From the NCBI RefSeq assembly GCF_006345805.1, contig NC_042997.1:110174001-110238000 (forward strand): DNA of 64,000 nt, read 5' to 3'. The translations under genes and the position numbers were made by a program. The notes beneath the pieces were generated by a model. It was not told where the DNA came from. It saw only the letters and a list, made by a program, of their open reading frames with translations, and searched no databases. The stretch is from Octopus sinensis. Its lineage: Eukaryota. Shown piece by piece: positions 1 through 15,123 of this stretch. The number at the start of each line of letters is the position of its first letter. The stretch's first letter is position 1.

Positions 1-440
1 AATGATGATGTTGATGATGATGAAGATGATGATAATGATGGTGATGGCGATGATGATAATGATGATGATGATGATGATGATGAGGATGATGATGAGGATG
101 ATGATGAGGATGATGATGAGGGTGATGAGGATGATGATGATGATGATAATGATGAAGATGATGATGATGATGATGATGGTGATGGTGATGGTGTTGGTGC
201 GGAAGGGAAGCTATGATGGTGATGGTGTTGGTGGTGTTGATGATGGTGATAGTCACGGTGACTGTGATGACGAGAAGGGAATGATGATAGTGATGACGAC
301 GACGACGATGGCAATGATGGCGGTGGTTATAACGATGGTGGTGGTTGTTATGGTGGTGGCGATGCTGATGATGATGATGATGATAATGACGATGATGAGG
401 ATAATGTTGATGATGATGTAGGCGATGACAATGATGATGG

Positions 441-493
<53 letters not shown>

Positions 494-800
494 TTGATGA
501 TGATAATGACGATGATGAGGATAATGGTGATGATGATGTAGGTGAGGGATAAAGCTGGCGGTAGGATTTATAATGGCGTTGGTGGTTGTGGTGGTAGTGA
601 CGATGTGACGACAATGATGATAATGACGATGATGGTAACGATGATGATGATCATCATGATGATGAATGTGGAGGATGATGCTGGTGCCTACTGTGCTGGT
701 GGTGCTGCTGCTGATAATCACGACGATGGTCCAATGATGATGATGATGATGATGATGATAATGATAACGGAAAGAGAATGTTAAGGCTGATAATGGTCAT
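1..800. repeat. Degenerate (ATG/GAT)n trinucleotide microsatellite field
   Basis: Continuous gat/atg repeats with gac/ggt variants; source of the poly-M/D/S ORFs. Confidence 0.95.
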
Positions 801-1679
801 GATGATGATGGTTTTAACGCTCCTTACATTTTCCTCAGAAGATGCCTCACAAGAAAACAATGTTTCCCCTACGTAGATTCCCGAATTGCTACAGAAAGCA
901 ACGAAATACACTTCAAATCAAGCATCAACATCACAAAGAAGGAAATGCACAGTGGACCAAGTTACTGTAGATGTTCCTGGTGAACTTTCGTAGCCTAGTG
1001 GTTAGGTCGTTGACACAGTCTACTCAGCTGTGAATCAGTACCACCCTAATGCTGGTACAGATCCCCCTCTCTCTCCCTTTCTCTCATCAGCTGACACATT
1101 TTGGGCGTTCTGCTAAGTCCAAGATGAGAAGGCAAAAGAGCGCCAATATCGACTCGCGACTAAATAGGCATCTAAACACTAAGCGAAAGCATGGTACAAC
1201 TTACTAGGTCCTTCTCGGTTGCGAATGATGCTTTTAAATATCCTTAATAACACCGGATGGTTACGCCGGGAAAGATTTTGATCTCAGATTTGCTTCATCA
1301 GGATTGAACAGGCCTAAGCAACAACACTAGCAACCAACAGGACTTTATGTACATAAATGTGGGATTTACAATTTTAGTGGAACATTAGTAAAACAAAACT
1401 ACAAGTAAACTGTCAACTATTCTCTTCTGATATCTATATTTTGGGCAGATATGCTCCTTTTCACATCAAAAGGAGCCGGGTTCTGCACTTGTGGTTAGCT
1501 ATTTGGTAACATTTTGCCGAATATTCTGCTTAACACACACACACACGCAATAACCAGCACTTCGGTATTAATAACTGGGTACACTACCAGCAGTATATTG
1601 GATAGATACTATCCCTTAGTTGGTTGGATTCACAACTTTTAACTCTCACTGAATTACACACACACACACACACACAGAC

Positions 1680-1748
<69 letters not shown>

Positions 1749-2339
1749 TATATGCATACATATATATATATATAAAAATTCCACACAGCCTTGGTTTTGT
1801 TGTCTCATTTTATTTAACACACACACACACACACACACATATTCATGTATATAGATATATAAACATAAATACATACATACAAGCACAAAACGCGCACACG
1901 CACACATATACAGAACTTCCAGATGTTTCGGTTTGCACTTAAAGGTCAGTAACTCTTAATTTAGTTGGCCGTGTATCCTTTCTTTTGGCCGGAAAGAAAT
2001 TAATGCGGTCCTTGCATGTCCAATTCTGTCTACCGATTTATAGGGCCAATAATGGCAATAAAACTGCTTCGAGCAGAAATTCAAAAGCAGTGACACATAA
2101 CACTGTTTCTGTAATAATCCTGGACGTATTACCTAATTGCTAGTTTATATTATGAATAATTGTAACGCTTAGAATTGGATGTGTAATCAAATATCAACTT
2201 GAAACTCATTAAAACCACAAACAGCATTTCAATTAAAGACATGCTTTCCATGATTAGAGGTTTATGACTCTGCCAAATTGCTATGCTATTGGTATCTGGT
2301 GGGAAGTAGGGGAAACGGGCCTACTTTTCACCTTTTATC

Positions 2340-2710
2340 GTTTGCCTGTTTCAGCCGTTAGAATGCGGCCATGCTGGGGTACCGCCTTGAAGAATTTTTT
2401 GTTGAACCAGTCGACACCAGTACTTTTTTAAAGACCGGTACATATTCTCTTTTGCTGAACCGCTAGTTTAAGAGGATATAAACATACCAACGTCGGTTGT
2501 TAAGTGATGGTGATGGGGACATACACAGACATATATGTATGTATACAACATACTTTTTTCAGTTTCCGTCAACCAAATCCATCCACAAGGCTTTAGTTGG
2601 CCCGTACCTATAGTAGAAGAGACTCGCCCTAGGTGTCACGCAGTGGGACTGAACCCCGAACCATGTGGTTGAGAAACCAGCTTCTTCCCACACAGCCATT
2701 CCAGCTCCTC
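2340..2710 (-). mobile_element. tRNA-head SINE, family B (CORE-like box, internal microsatellite)
   Basis: Reverse complement gives head ggctgtgtgggaag..ggttcggggttcagtcccactgcgtgacacctagggcgag, then gccttgtggatggatttggttgacggaaactgaaaaa, a (TA/TG) linker and a 3' arm ending ccagcatggccgc. Matches several other copies in the window. Confidence 0.85.
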
Positions 2711-2844
2711 TATACCTCAAGAATCAATTACTGCATCCGACACGAAGCTAAAACATTCAGTCACTCCAAATAGCACAGTCAGGGAACGAACCTGACACAC
2801 AGATATCCTCGCTGGTAACTAATCACCACTACATTATAATTGGT

Positions 2845-3010
2845 TTAAATTTTGGCACGAGGACAGAAATTTCGGGGGTGGGGGTGATGGGAGGAGTTAA
2901 GTCAATTACATCGACCCCAGTACTTAACTTTTATTTATTTTATCGACCCCAAAAGGATGAAAGGCAAAGTGGACTTTGGTGGAATTTGAACTCAGAGCGT
3001 AAAAACGGGA
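2845..3010 (-). mobile_element. tRNA-head SINE, family A (partial)
   Basis: Carries the reverse complement of the family A central box (gttcaaattcc..tttgcctttcatccttttggggtcgataaa). Confidence 0.8.
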
Positions 3011-4444
3011 AACCACTCCATTAAATTGATAAATTGTCAGAGGGGTGGGTCACGTTTTGTATGCAGACGTTTGTTGTTTACAATCACAGATATTCCTGCC
3101 AAGACCATCCCGTCTGTTATTTTGAGACATTGTCTCCAGTTACAGTGAGTTACCTTTCTAAAGACCGTAAGGTGTAATTTGAAGATTTGGCTGTTATTTC
3201 TAGAAGATCAAGCAACTCTCTAGAAGCTCCTTCGTTGACTGAAGACTCGTTCTATCTTGTAGTTGTTGTTGCTGTTAAGAGTATAAACATGCCGTCGGTT
3301 TTTCTTTTTATCATATATTCCTGATCAAGTTATTTAATTTACGTGTCCTGGCGCTTTTATTGCGGGGAGGAAAATGGGAATCGTAATTCTATGTCAATGT
3401 AAGAGTGATTATGCCATAAAAGGTGTAGCCTCAGCTGGAAAATGAAACCGCATCGCAGACAGCCAACATAGACAACGCAACCATCGTCCGCCTCGCCATA
3501 CCTTTCTTATAGAACAACCGATAAAAAAAATATTCTCACCATAAAATAGGCTGAGAAAAACAAAGAAAAAAAGACGAGGAATCGCTACATCGAATTCAAC
3601 GTCGGAATGAAACCAGTCTAGTATTGTAAAGATCACGACAACACTGCCAACTGGCACCGCCACCAAAGACCAATGATGGAAGAATATATTTATTCTATTC
3701 TGCCTGTTTTTTGTGTCTATTTGTTTTAACAGCAACTCGTGTAAATTTAGTAATCGGTTTTCTTAACACATAGGTTTCAAAATCGGTATGATTCGGACTA
3801 ATTCGAGAAACATGATGGTTATTTTAAACATTTGTTCTGATTTTATCTGCTGCTCACTTGCTTTTTTTTCTTGGTTAAGCAATTCTTTATCTACCACTAA
3901 TTCGTATTGTGGTGTAAATTGATTCCTGGAAAAATGGTCAGCAAATAATTGGACTCTAATTCTAGGAAAATAACCGAAAGCGAGAAAGAAAAACAGTAAA
4001 ATAAACGTCGTGTATTTGAGAATTGCGTTCACGGAATATGGTTATTAGAGTTTCTAGGAAGGAAACAATGGACGATAATAATGGGCAAGATTTGGTGGTA
4101 TTTTTAGATGGTTCGGATATTCTGAAGCCGTTCATAATTGTAAACATACACAGACATATACACTCTTACACATACACGTTTATGCGAACGCATAGGCACA
4201 CGTACACATACATCATATAGACACGGTACATGTTCCTCGCTCTACACAGATGTCTCGCTGGTGTGTACGTAATGTTCCTTACAATGGCAGTAATTTGTCT
4301 CCAAGAAACCTGTTGAAATAATAACACACGCACAACACACCTCTTAGCGTTTGTGTCTTAGTATATATTACGTGAATGTCGAACGATGTCTATATATAGT
4401 CACACACATACACACACATGTCACACACATACACATATATATGC

Positions 4445-4484
<40 letters not shown>

Positions 4485-4511
4485 CTATATATATCTCTCT
4501 ATATATATGTC

Positions 4512-4542
<31 letters not shown>

Positions 4543-4597
4543 GTGTGTGTGGTAAATTATGAATCAATAGGGTATATAGTATATATAATATACATAT

Positions 4598-4676
<79 letters not shown>

Positions 4677-5449
4677 CATATATATGTGTATAATATCGAG
4701 AGAGAAAAACAGACACAGACAGACTTACACACGCACACACAAACACATACCTGCATACATATATGTATGCATGTATGTATAGATGTATGTATATTCATAT
4801 CTTTCCATGTATTTCTTATTTTTCTTTTTCATAAATATCATATGGGTGTATATATGAGAACATATGCAGGTGCTTCAGTGTGTGCATGTATATATATACG
4901 ATTATATATTATACACACATATATATATAACTGTAACTTACATATATGTATATAATCGTCACGACGCACTCTACGTTGGTTCAGTGGGTAACGTGTTTGG
5001 ACCTCAATCCTGAGGTGCCTTGTCTGTCCCCCCCTGCTTGGAATCAAAGATAAGCCTTGTCAATGAGATTGTGTAGATGGAAACTATTCGGAAGTTCATC
5101 GGATGGGATCTAACAGATAAATCATATAGCGTGTATCACGATGGTTCCTTATGTTAAGTAAACAGGTGTCAGAAATACTCAGACACTGCACCTTTAACGT
5201 AACCTTTTTCATTCCAATCCGCTTAAAACTGTCCATGGTCTTATAGCAGAAACTTACTGTTTTTTCTATGGCACAAACTTCCTGTTTGCAGGGAATCTAA
5301 ATTAAAATCGATGGCAAAATTTCACTTTAATTTGTTCCAAACACCAACTTAATAATGACAAAATTCTTTTAGTAAATTCCTCATTATTTTAAAAAAGTAA
5401 TTAATACCAAAGTTTAATGAATTGGTTGATCACTTTGTTGAACCACATA

Positions 5450-5487
<38 letters not shown>

Positions 5488-5749
5488 ATATATATACATA
5501 CACACATATATATACGATTATTTATGTAATCTTTTTTGCCCAATATTTTAAGGAACTTGTTGAACTTTTTTATGTCCTTAACATGTCCCTGTTACCAAAG
5601 ACTGTATATATATGTAATGTAGCAATTTGCAACAACCAATAATTAACGCATCCAAAATTCCACATGTTACTTTTGACAATCTTTTTCCAAAGAGTGAAAC
5701 CGGTAAAGTAAATAAACATCTTTTAAATTGCATTTTCAAACCTTCTTTC

Positions 5750-5808
<59 letters not shown>

Positions 5809-5946
5809 ATATATAACGGGAAGCTTTATGAAAATAGACAAAAGACGAAGGCAGGTTTACGGAAATAAACAAAAGACGAAGGCAGGTGGAATACATGTAT
5901 ATATACATACATACATACAAACACACACACACACACACACACACAC

Positions 5947-6007
<61 letters not shown>

Positions 6008-6199
6008 CGTATATATATATATATAGCAATAAGAAAATGGAGGGGATCAATAGATGGTTCATCTTAGACATTATATTATGTTAACTTATTTATTTACTAA
6101 ACTGATAATTACAATAATATTCATACATGTATAACATATGCTTTACATATAAGATATAAAATATATTAATATATAAGGTTACCAGTAATTATCATAATA

Positions 6200-7448
6200 T
6201 GTTTCTTTATTAGCCACACAGGGCTGCACACAGATAGAACAAATTACAAGGTAGAGCTTTTCTTTTGGGGGTAAAAAAAAGGGAGTGGTGGTTTTCGATC
6301 AAAAGGGATCGTAAAAGGAAAGAAAGAGGACAAAAAAGGGAGGGGTTAAAAAAAGGGGGGGGGGCAAAAAAAAAAGAATAATAGGGATCGTTATCACAGA
6401 AATGTCAATATGAAGTGTAAAGGGGAGGACAGGTGAGGTTTACCCGTGGAAAGAAAAGCCTACGGAAAAGACCACGGTAACCTCGGTCAATGAAGTCACA
6501 TGTTATATTTCTTTTTTTTTTTTTTTGCAAATAAGCAACTCTCTGTATTAATTTTTACGGTTCATAGAATCATAGTCAAGGTGGCTTCGTCATTCATACG
6601 TGCCATCCTTGCTACATTCACCCATTCTTTTTTTAAAACATTCGCTAGACAAAAACTTGCCTCTCTACTCTCACTTTTTTCTTCAAGTGATACTTGAAGA
6701 AGTTGATGAGAGATTGACCAGAGAGGAAAGTGTTTGTCTCTAATCCTTTCAGGCGCGTCCACCAGATACATTCTTTCGCCATAGCCACAAGTATGATAAA
6801 AATAGCTCTTCCTTCCCGTTTGAAGGAAGGAGGCGTGACGATATTAACGATAGACTCGGCTGATAAACGACTCGTCCCACACGTGACAGCAGTCGTCCGA
6901 CATAGCCCCAGGTCGGAAATTGCTGGACACTGCACGATTGCGTGCAGAGCGGTTTCGTCGCTCTGCCCGCATCTCGGGCAGGTCGGCCCCGTGTTTCTCG
7001 AGCCATGCTATAGAGCTTATCCCGAACGGGTAGCGCTTCTCGGTAGCACCGCCAGGCCAGGGATCTCTGGAAGTTGTCCATAGGTCCCGGGCCGAAAGTC
7101 GTTTGAAACAGGCGGGTCAGGTATTCCTCGTCGACGCCCAGGTTTGCCCGAGCTCGTCGTCGTACCTCCCTCCACTAATCCCCTATAGAATGCTTTGGTT
7201 GTGTTGAAGTCACTCAAGGTCGACCCGGGACGGCAGAGTTGCTTGAGAGCAACGCGACACTCGCGGTGCCATTCGCCCTTCCTCGGCTCTTTTTAATCCA
7301 CGACTGTAGTTCGGTCATGGAGACGAGTTGCGGGAATGCGTGCCTCACAAACGGCGACCACACCTGTTTACCGTCGTCTACATAGAGCCGGAGATGTCGC
7401 AGTCTCAGCGCGTGTCTGCGCATCATCAACCACGGCATGCCCAGCCCT

Positions 7449-7449
<1 letters not shown>
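6200..7449 (-). mobile_element. 5'-truncated L1/Tx1-clade LINE copy (ORF2 C-terminus plus 3' UTR)
   Basis: Near-identical in reverse complement to about 63110-64000 (MPWLMMRRHALRLRHLRLYVDDG; LAWRCYREALPVRDKL; KECIWWTRLKG). Adds a 3' UTR ending gcagccctgtgtggctaataaagaaac. The 5' junction abuts (TA)n. Confidence 0.95.
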
Positions 7450-7495
<46 letters not shown>

Positions 7496-7831
7496 CATAG
7501 GGATAAGTTAAGTGAAAGGCACAAAATAGCAGATCTGAGTTAACCCTAATCCACCAATTTGTGTGGGTCAGGATTTTAGAGACAGTGGGTGTGGGGTCTA
7601 TTTATGATCCCCCGAGCCGCTAGAAATAGCAGCCAAATTTTACTCAAATCGGAGCCTAAACGTAGCGACACACATTGGATAATATAGTCCTTCTTTAACT
7701 CTTAAGTAAATATGGTAGCTCCAGTTGGATTGTCTTTGAACATTGCTGATTTGGGGCCGGAAAAGAAAAAACTACAACAGCAACAACAATAACAATGGTT
7801 TGAAGTTTTGACACAAGATCTGCACATTTGG

Positions 7832-7833
7832 GA

Positions 7834-7874
<41 letters not shown>

Positions 7875-7875
7875 T

Positions 7876-7906
<31 letters not shown>

Positions 7907-7972
7907 ACTACTACTACCACTACCACTACTGCTGCTGCTGCTCCTACCACTAATGCTACTGCTGCTGCTGTT

Positions 7973-8007
<35 letters not shown>

Positions 8008-8020
8008 GCTGCTACTGCTG

Positions 8021-8064
<44 letters not shown>

Positions 8065-8472
8065 GGTAATACTACTACTATTGCTGATGCTACTGCTACT
8101 TCTGCTACTACTACTACAGCTGCTGCTGCTGCTGTTGACACTCCGTCGGTTATGACGACGAGGCTTCCACTTGATCCGATCAATGGAACATCTTATTCGT
8201 GAATTAACGTGCAAGTGGCTGAGTACACCATAAACGCACATACTCTTAACGTACATCTCTGGGAGATTCAGCGTCACACAGAAATGTGACAAGGCTGAAA
8301 CCTTTTGAATACAGGTACAACTCATTTTTGCCAGTTGAGTGGATTGAAGGAACGTGAAATAAAGTGTCTTGCTCAAGAACACAGCGCCACCACCGCAGTC
8401 GAACTCACAACCTTACGATCGGAAGCCGAACATACCGCTACCTTCACCACCACCACCACCACTACTACTACA

Positions 8473-8503
<31 letters not shown>

Positions 8504-8602
8504 TACTAGTACTACTACTACTGCAGCTACTACTACTACTACAGCTGCTGCTGCTGCTGCTGTTCTACTACTACTACTACTACTACTACTGCTGCTGCTG
8601 CG

Positions 8603-8633
<31 letters not shown>

Positions 8634-8760
8634 GTAACTACTACTGCAGCTGCTGCGACTACTAATACTACTACTAGTACTACTACTGCAGCTACTACTA
8701 CTACTACTACTACTAGTACTACTACTGCAGCTGCTGCGACTACTACTACTACTACTGCAG

Positions 8761-8792
<32 letters not shown>

Positions 8793-9200
8793 GGTAATAC
8801 TACTACTATTGCTGATGCTACTGCTACTTCTGCTACTACTACAGCTGCTGTTGCTGCTGTTGACACTCCGTCGGTTATGACGACGAGGCTTCCACTTGAT
8901 CCGATCAATGGAACATCTTATTCGTGAAATTAACGTGCAAGTGGCTGAGTACACCATAAACGCACATACTCTTAACGTACATCTCTGGGAGATTCAGCGT
9001 CACACAGAAATGTGACAAGGCTGAACCCTTTTGAATTACAGGTACAACTCATTTTTGCCAGTTGAGTGGATTGAAGGAACGTGAAATAAAGTGTCTTGCT
9101 CAAGAACACAGCGCCACCACCGTAGTCGAACTCACAACCTTACGATCGGAAGCCGAACATACCCGCTACCTTCACCACCACCACCACCACTACTACTACA

Positions 9201-9265
<65 letters not shown>

Positions 9266-9301
9266 AAACTACTGCAGTTGCTGCTGCTGCTGCTACTACT
9301 A

Positions 9302-9332
<31 letters not shown>

Positions 9333-9333
9333 G

Positions 9334-9367
<34 letters not shown>

Positions 9368-9390
9368 GTACTACTACTGCAGCTGCTGCG

Positions 9391-9423
<33 letters not shown>

Positions 9424-9429
9424 GCTGCG

Positions 9430-9470
<41 letters not shown>

Positions 9471-9694
9471 CACTACTGCAGCTGCTGCGACTACTACTAC
9501 TACTACTACTATTGTTGCGACTACTACTACTACTACTACTACTACTGCTGCTGCTGCTACTACTACTACTACTACTACTGCTGCTGCTACTACTACTACT
9601 ACTACTACTAGTACTACTACTGCAGCTACTACTACTACTACTACTACTAGTACTACTACTGCAGCTGCTGCGACTACTACTACTACTACTGCAG

Positions 9695-9741
<47 letters not shown>

Positions 9742-10152
9742 GGTAATACTACTACTATTGCTGATGCTACTGCTACTTCTGCTACTACTACTACAGCTGC
9801 TGCTGCTGCTGTTGACACTCCGTCGGTTATGACGACGAGGCTTCCACTTGATCCGATCAATGGAACATCTTATTCGTGAAATTAACGTGCAAGTGGCTGA
9901 GTACACCATAAACGCACATACTCTTAACGTACATCTCTGGGAGATTCAGCGTCACACAGAAATGTGACAAGGCTGAACCCTTTTGAATTACAGGTACAAC
10001 TCATTTTTGCCAGTTGAGTGGATTGAAGGAACGTGAAATAAAGTGTCTTGCTCAAGAACACAGCGCCACCACCGCAGTCGAACTCACAACCTTACGATCG
10101 GAAGCCGAACATACCCGCTACCTTCACCACCACCACCACCACTACTACTACA

Positions 10153-10196
<44 letters not shown>

Positions 10197-10238
10197 AACT
10201 ACTACAAACTACTGCAGTTGCTGCTGCTGCTGCTACTA

Positions 10239-10272
<34 letters not shown>

Positions 10273-10273
10273 G

Positions 10274-10318
<45 letters not shown>

Positions 10319-10571
10319 GCTGCTGCTGCGACTACTACTACTACTACTACTACTACTAGTACTACTACTGCAGCTGCTGCGACTACTACTACTACTACTA
10401 CCACTACTACTACTGCAGCTACTACTACTACTACTACTACTACTACCACTACTGCAGCTGCTGCGACTACTACTACTACTACTACTATTGTTGCGACTAC
10501 TACTACTACTACTACTACTACTACTGCTGCTACTACTACTACTACTACTACTACTAGTACTACTACTGCAG

Positions 10572-10615
<44 letters not shown>

Positions 10616-10649
10616 GCAGCTGCTGCGACTACTACTACTACTACTGCAG

Positions 10650-10718
<69 letters not shown>
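7832..10718. repeat. Tandem array of three near-identical SINE-C copies separated by compound (ACT)n/(GCT)n microsatellites
   Basis: Unique segment gttgacactccgtcgg...gaagccgaacatac(c)cgctacc at 8134-8442, 8859-9170 and 9811-10122. Periods are 725 and 952 bp. Confidence 0.95.
8134..8442 (-). mobile_element. tRNA-head SINE, family C (first array copy)
   Basis: Reverse complement has a tRNA-like arm (cttccgatcgtaaggttgtgagttcgact), box gtgttcttgagcaagacactt and tail gtcgtcataaccgacggagtgtc. A diverged solo copy lies at 38270-38570. Confidence 0.75.
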
Positions 10719-11241
10719 TTTTTAGTTTATGTGCTGTTTTCTCAAAAGCATTTGTGCAGTGATGTAATCGTTTATTACAAGCAAGTGTTTAATATTTACG
10801 GCATTTGATTTTAATATTCCTTGAGTCTTTTTGCAATATATTTTTCATAGGACTGGTGAACGGTGTTCAGATTAAGCAGATTGAATCTCTTGTACTTCTG
10901 TCATAGCAAACTCATTGGATTCTCATGCGAAACTGATCGTAGTTCTTCGCAGATGAATATATATTTGGTTAATTGATTAAAAAGCCAGAAATTTCACCGA
11001 CCGAGAAGGAATAAAGGGATAAATTCGAATTACATTCACACTAACGCAAACCCACCTTTATACAATTACGAATACACATACATAAACACACACACGCACA
11101 CACATACATACATCTATGTATATGTATAGACACATGTAAATATATACATATATATATGTGTGTGTGTGTGTGTGTATTATTAAATACATATACTAATGTA
11201 TACGCTTTGTGTATTAACATATGTACATATATATATATACG

Positions 11242-11280
<39 letters not shown>

Positions 11281-11405
11281 GTATGCATATATACATATAT
11301 ATATACACATACATATATACATATGTATATATATATGTATTTATAAATATATATATATATGTATGTATATATACATATATATATTTATATTTATATATAC
11401 ATATG

Positions 11406-11479
<74 letters not shown>

Positions 11480-11481
<2 letters not shown>

Positions 11482-11690
11482 TGTGTGTCTGTGTTTGTCC
11501 ACCTAGCATTGCTTGACAACCGATGCTGGTGTGTTTACGTCTCCGTTACTTAGTGGTTCAGCAAAAGAGACCGATAGAATAAGTACTGGGCTTACAAAGA
11601 ATAAGTCCCGGGGTCGAGTTGCTCGACTAAAGGCAGTGCTCCAGCATGGTCGCAGTCAACTGACTGAAACAAGTAAAAGAGTAAAAGAGT
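11480..11690 (+). mobile_element. SINE family B, 3' arm following a (TA)n tract
   Basis: tgtttgtccacctagcattgcttgacaaccgatgctgg...ccagcatggtcgcagtcaactgactgaaacaagtaaaagagtaaaagagta. Confidence 0.85.
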
Positions 11691-11877
11691 AAATATGTAT
11701 GTATATATGCATATATATATTTATATTTATATATACATATGTATACATATATGAGTCACTCTGTTACTTCTGCTAAATATATATATTTATACATATGCAG
11801 TCCAACGATGGCTTTGCGGCCGAAACTTCGAAGTCATTCTCAACACACACACACAAACGCGCACTCACACAGACACA

Positions 11878-11921
<44 letters not shown>

Positions 11922-12983
11922 ATCAATGCCTACAAACAGAAATGCAAGCTCTGCACATTGTATACAATCATACCTACCTACATACATACATACATGACAT
12001 ACATATATAAATACATACATTACATACATACATGCATACGCATACATCAGAATAATAAATGTGTACTCTAGAAAAATATGGAGAAACCCATCAGGTTAAT
12101 ATAAAGTTGTTTCAATTATTATAATCATACACACACATACACATATATATTTGTATGGATGTATAGTTCTGTGGGTACTCATCATAGTCTATATTTTTGT
12201 GATTCTGTTTTTACGGCTACAGACACAACAGTCTGCCGGCAATCATATTCACACACGCGCACCATATTCCCCACACCTGTCAACTTTTAGTCAGGTAAGG
12301 CGGCTCCCATGAATTTAAGGAGTCATCGTAAAACAAATCAAATACAGAGAAAAATAAAATTAAAAAAACCCTCAACTATTACGAGGGGATTTGTTTCACC
12401 AAGGTTTGCAGGACATCCTCATCAATATCTGGTGGTGGCGATCCCTGCTGTACTCTTTCGCCGCAACTTTCTCTCACTCTTGCTTCTGTTGGCTTGCTCG
12501 CTTAGCCAGCGGGGTGGCGTCATTTGAAGGCTAAAACAATGCCAAGCGCATTGTGACCAGCGATGTGTAGCAACATCTGATTAGCCTGGTCGGTCACGGT
12601 GAAATATATATGTGTGTGTATGTGTGTGTGTGTATGTGTGTGTGTATATGTATGTGCATTTATATATATATATGTGTGTATATATATATACATATATATT
12701 TGTATATATACGGAGACTTACGGAGACAGTATTTACATATCGCCTGAGGAAACACAACTAGGTCTCATTATGCTGGGAAACGCTTGCATGATCAAGTAGC
12801 TGAACGCCTGGAGAACTACGTTGCGTAGAAACGATTGTAGTGATTGATAATAAATGTTCAACTGTACTCCTTCTTGTTGACTTTTTCAATTACATTTATA
12901 TATATACATATTTAGAACATATATACATGATATATGCGTGCATCAGACGCGAACACGCGCATACAAAGTGATATTGCATGTGG

Positions 12984-13022
<39 letters not shown>

Positions 13023-13477
13023 TACGTGTCTGCGTGTATGGGTTTGTGTACGTTTATGGAGAAGGCTTATATAAGATCTCAAAATTCCCTCTCTTCCTTG
13101 TACATACTGCATTTATTTCATTTCCTGTGATGAAGCTGCACATGTGATATCAGCAGCGAGAGTTTCGTGAACTGCGCTTTGCCCTGCAGAAAGCTGTTGA
13201 GTTGTACCGATTCGTTATAAATGAAACGCATTTGTTTATATATGCACATTTATACACATACATTTAGACCCACACACACATGTAAATAATAATGGATACG
13301 GGTACATTGTTTTGTATATTTTCACTCGAAATCTGTATTTATTTATTCGGATAATGCTCTCTCTCTCTCACTCCCTCTCTCTCTTTCTCTCTCTCTAATC
13401 TTACGAAAAACAATTTTCAGTACACTCACATACACACATGCAATCACATACACACAATGTATGTATATATGTATAGT

Positions 13478-13564
<87 letters not shown>

Positions 13565-13800
13565 GATATAAATATATATACTATGTACTATATATATATA
13601 GACACTATACACAACACACACATATACTTAACTATGTACAGTATATAGACGTACATATTATATATATATATATATATATATAATACATATATATATTCGC
13701 GCGTAATTATACATTTCATTGTATACACATGTGCACTGATGTGAGTACACCCCCCCGCATAACACACACACATACATACATACATACATACATACATACA

Positions 13801-13836
<36 letters not shown>

Positions 13837-14639
13837 TATATATATGTACATATGTACATGTACAAGTGGCAAAGTTAGAATGTTGGTGTGTACACGCACA
13901 CAACTAAACCCCCACATATACACACTTACGCTCACACCACTTACGTACACTTGCTCTTACATACACTTACATACTCACATACACTTACTCTTACATACTC
14001 CTACATACACAGATATAGACACACACAAATATATTCGTAAATGCGCTGAAGCGTTTCTAGATAAATAGAGTATAATAGATGCGTACATATATATATATAC
14101 ATATGTACCCACTTAGATATATTTAGTGATATTTATGTAGTAGGACTGTTTTATCTGTCACTACGATTCAATTTCAAGGGAGAAACATGTATTTAAAGAA
14201 CAAATTGGAAAAAAAATGTATAATTAAACAAATAACTATAAAAGAAACAGAGAAACAAAGCAAAAATATCAAGCAATTTGTATGAGAAGATGTATAAAAA
14301 TGATAGTTAAACCAAGAACCCCGTTCAAGTAAAACAGAAAAGGATAAGGTAGAAAAAATAAAGGAAAAAATACTTCCATAAAGAACTAAGTATATCTAAG
14401 TAGTGTTGTTTGTTTTTTGTTATATTAGATATAAGAATAATTGAATTGGAAATGGTTGTACTTGAAGAGAAGAGAATGATGGGAAGGATTGAGAAAGATA
14501 TGGAGAGATGGGAGAAAGATAGAGGCAGAGATAGGCATGGAGATAGAGATAGACAAGAGAAGAGAAAAATGGTAGGTTTTTGTGCTTTTTGCTCAATTAT
14601 AGAAACGAACTCTGCTGTGTGAGTATATTGCAGGCATTT

Positions 14640-14640
14640 G

Positions 14641-14672
<32 letters not shown>

Positions 14673-14930
14673 TGTATGTATGTATGTATGTATGTATGTA
14701 TGTATGTATGTATGTATGTATGTATGCATGTATGTATGTTAGTATGTATGTATGTATGTTAGTATGTATGTATGTATGTATGTATGTATGTATGAATAAA
14801 TGTATGTATGTATGTATGTATGTATGTATATATGTATGTATGCATGTATGTATGTATGTATGTATGTATGTATGTATGTATGTATGTATGTATGTTGGTA
14901 TGTATGTATGCATGCATGCATACATGCATA
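14640..14930. repeat. (TATG)n tetranucleotide microsatellite
   Basis: About 290 bp of tatg repeats; representative of many (TA)n, (CA)n, (TATC)n, (GA)n and (AAT)n tracts in the window. Confidence 0.95.
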
Positions 14931-15023
14931 CATGTAGGTATGCTGGTACGCATGTGCGTATGCATGTTTGTATGGATGTATGTTGGTATTCTTGTATGTC
15001 TATATCTGTGTGTATAAAGATAC

Positions 15024-15055
<32 letters not shown>

Positions 15056-15123
15056 TATTATATATATATATATTATATATATATATATATATGTATGCAT
15101 CTATGCATGCAAATTTGTATGTA

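Noticed and set aside
960-1320. CTGATGA words on the minus strand near 1085 and 1297 as hammerheads
   Set aside because: No correctly placed GAAA, stem III or stem I; probably a decayed retroelement fragment I cannot classify.
7808-10808. Mucin- or antifreeze-like Thr/Ala-rich ORFs
   Set aside because: Open in several frames on both strands and running through SINE sequence; microsatellite artefact.
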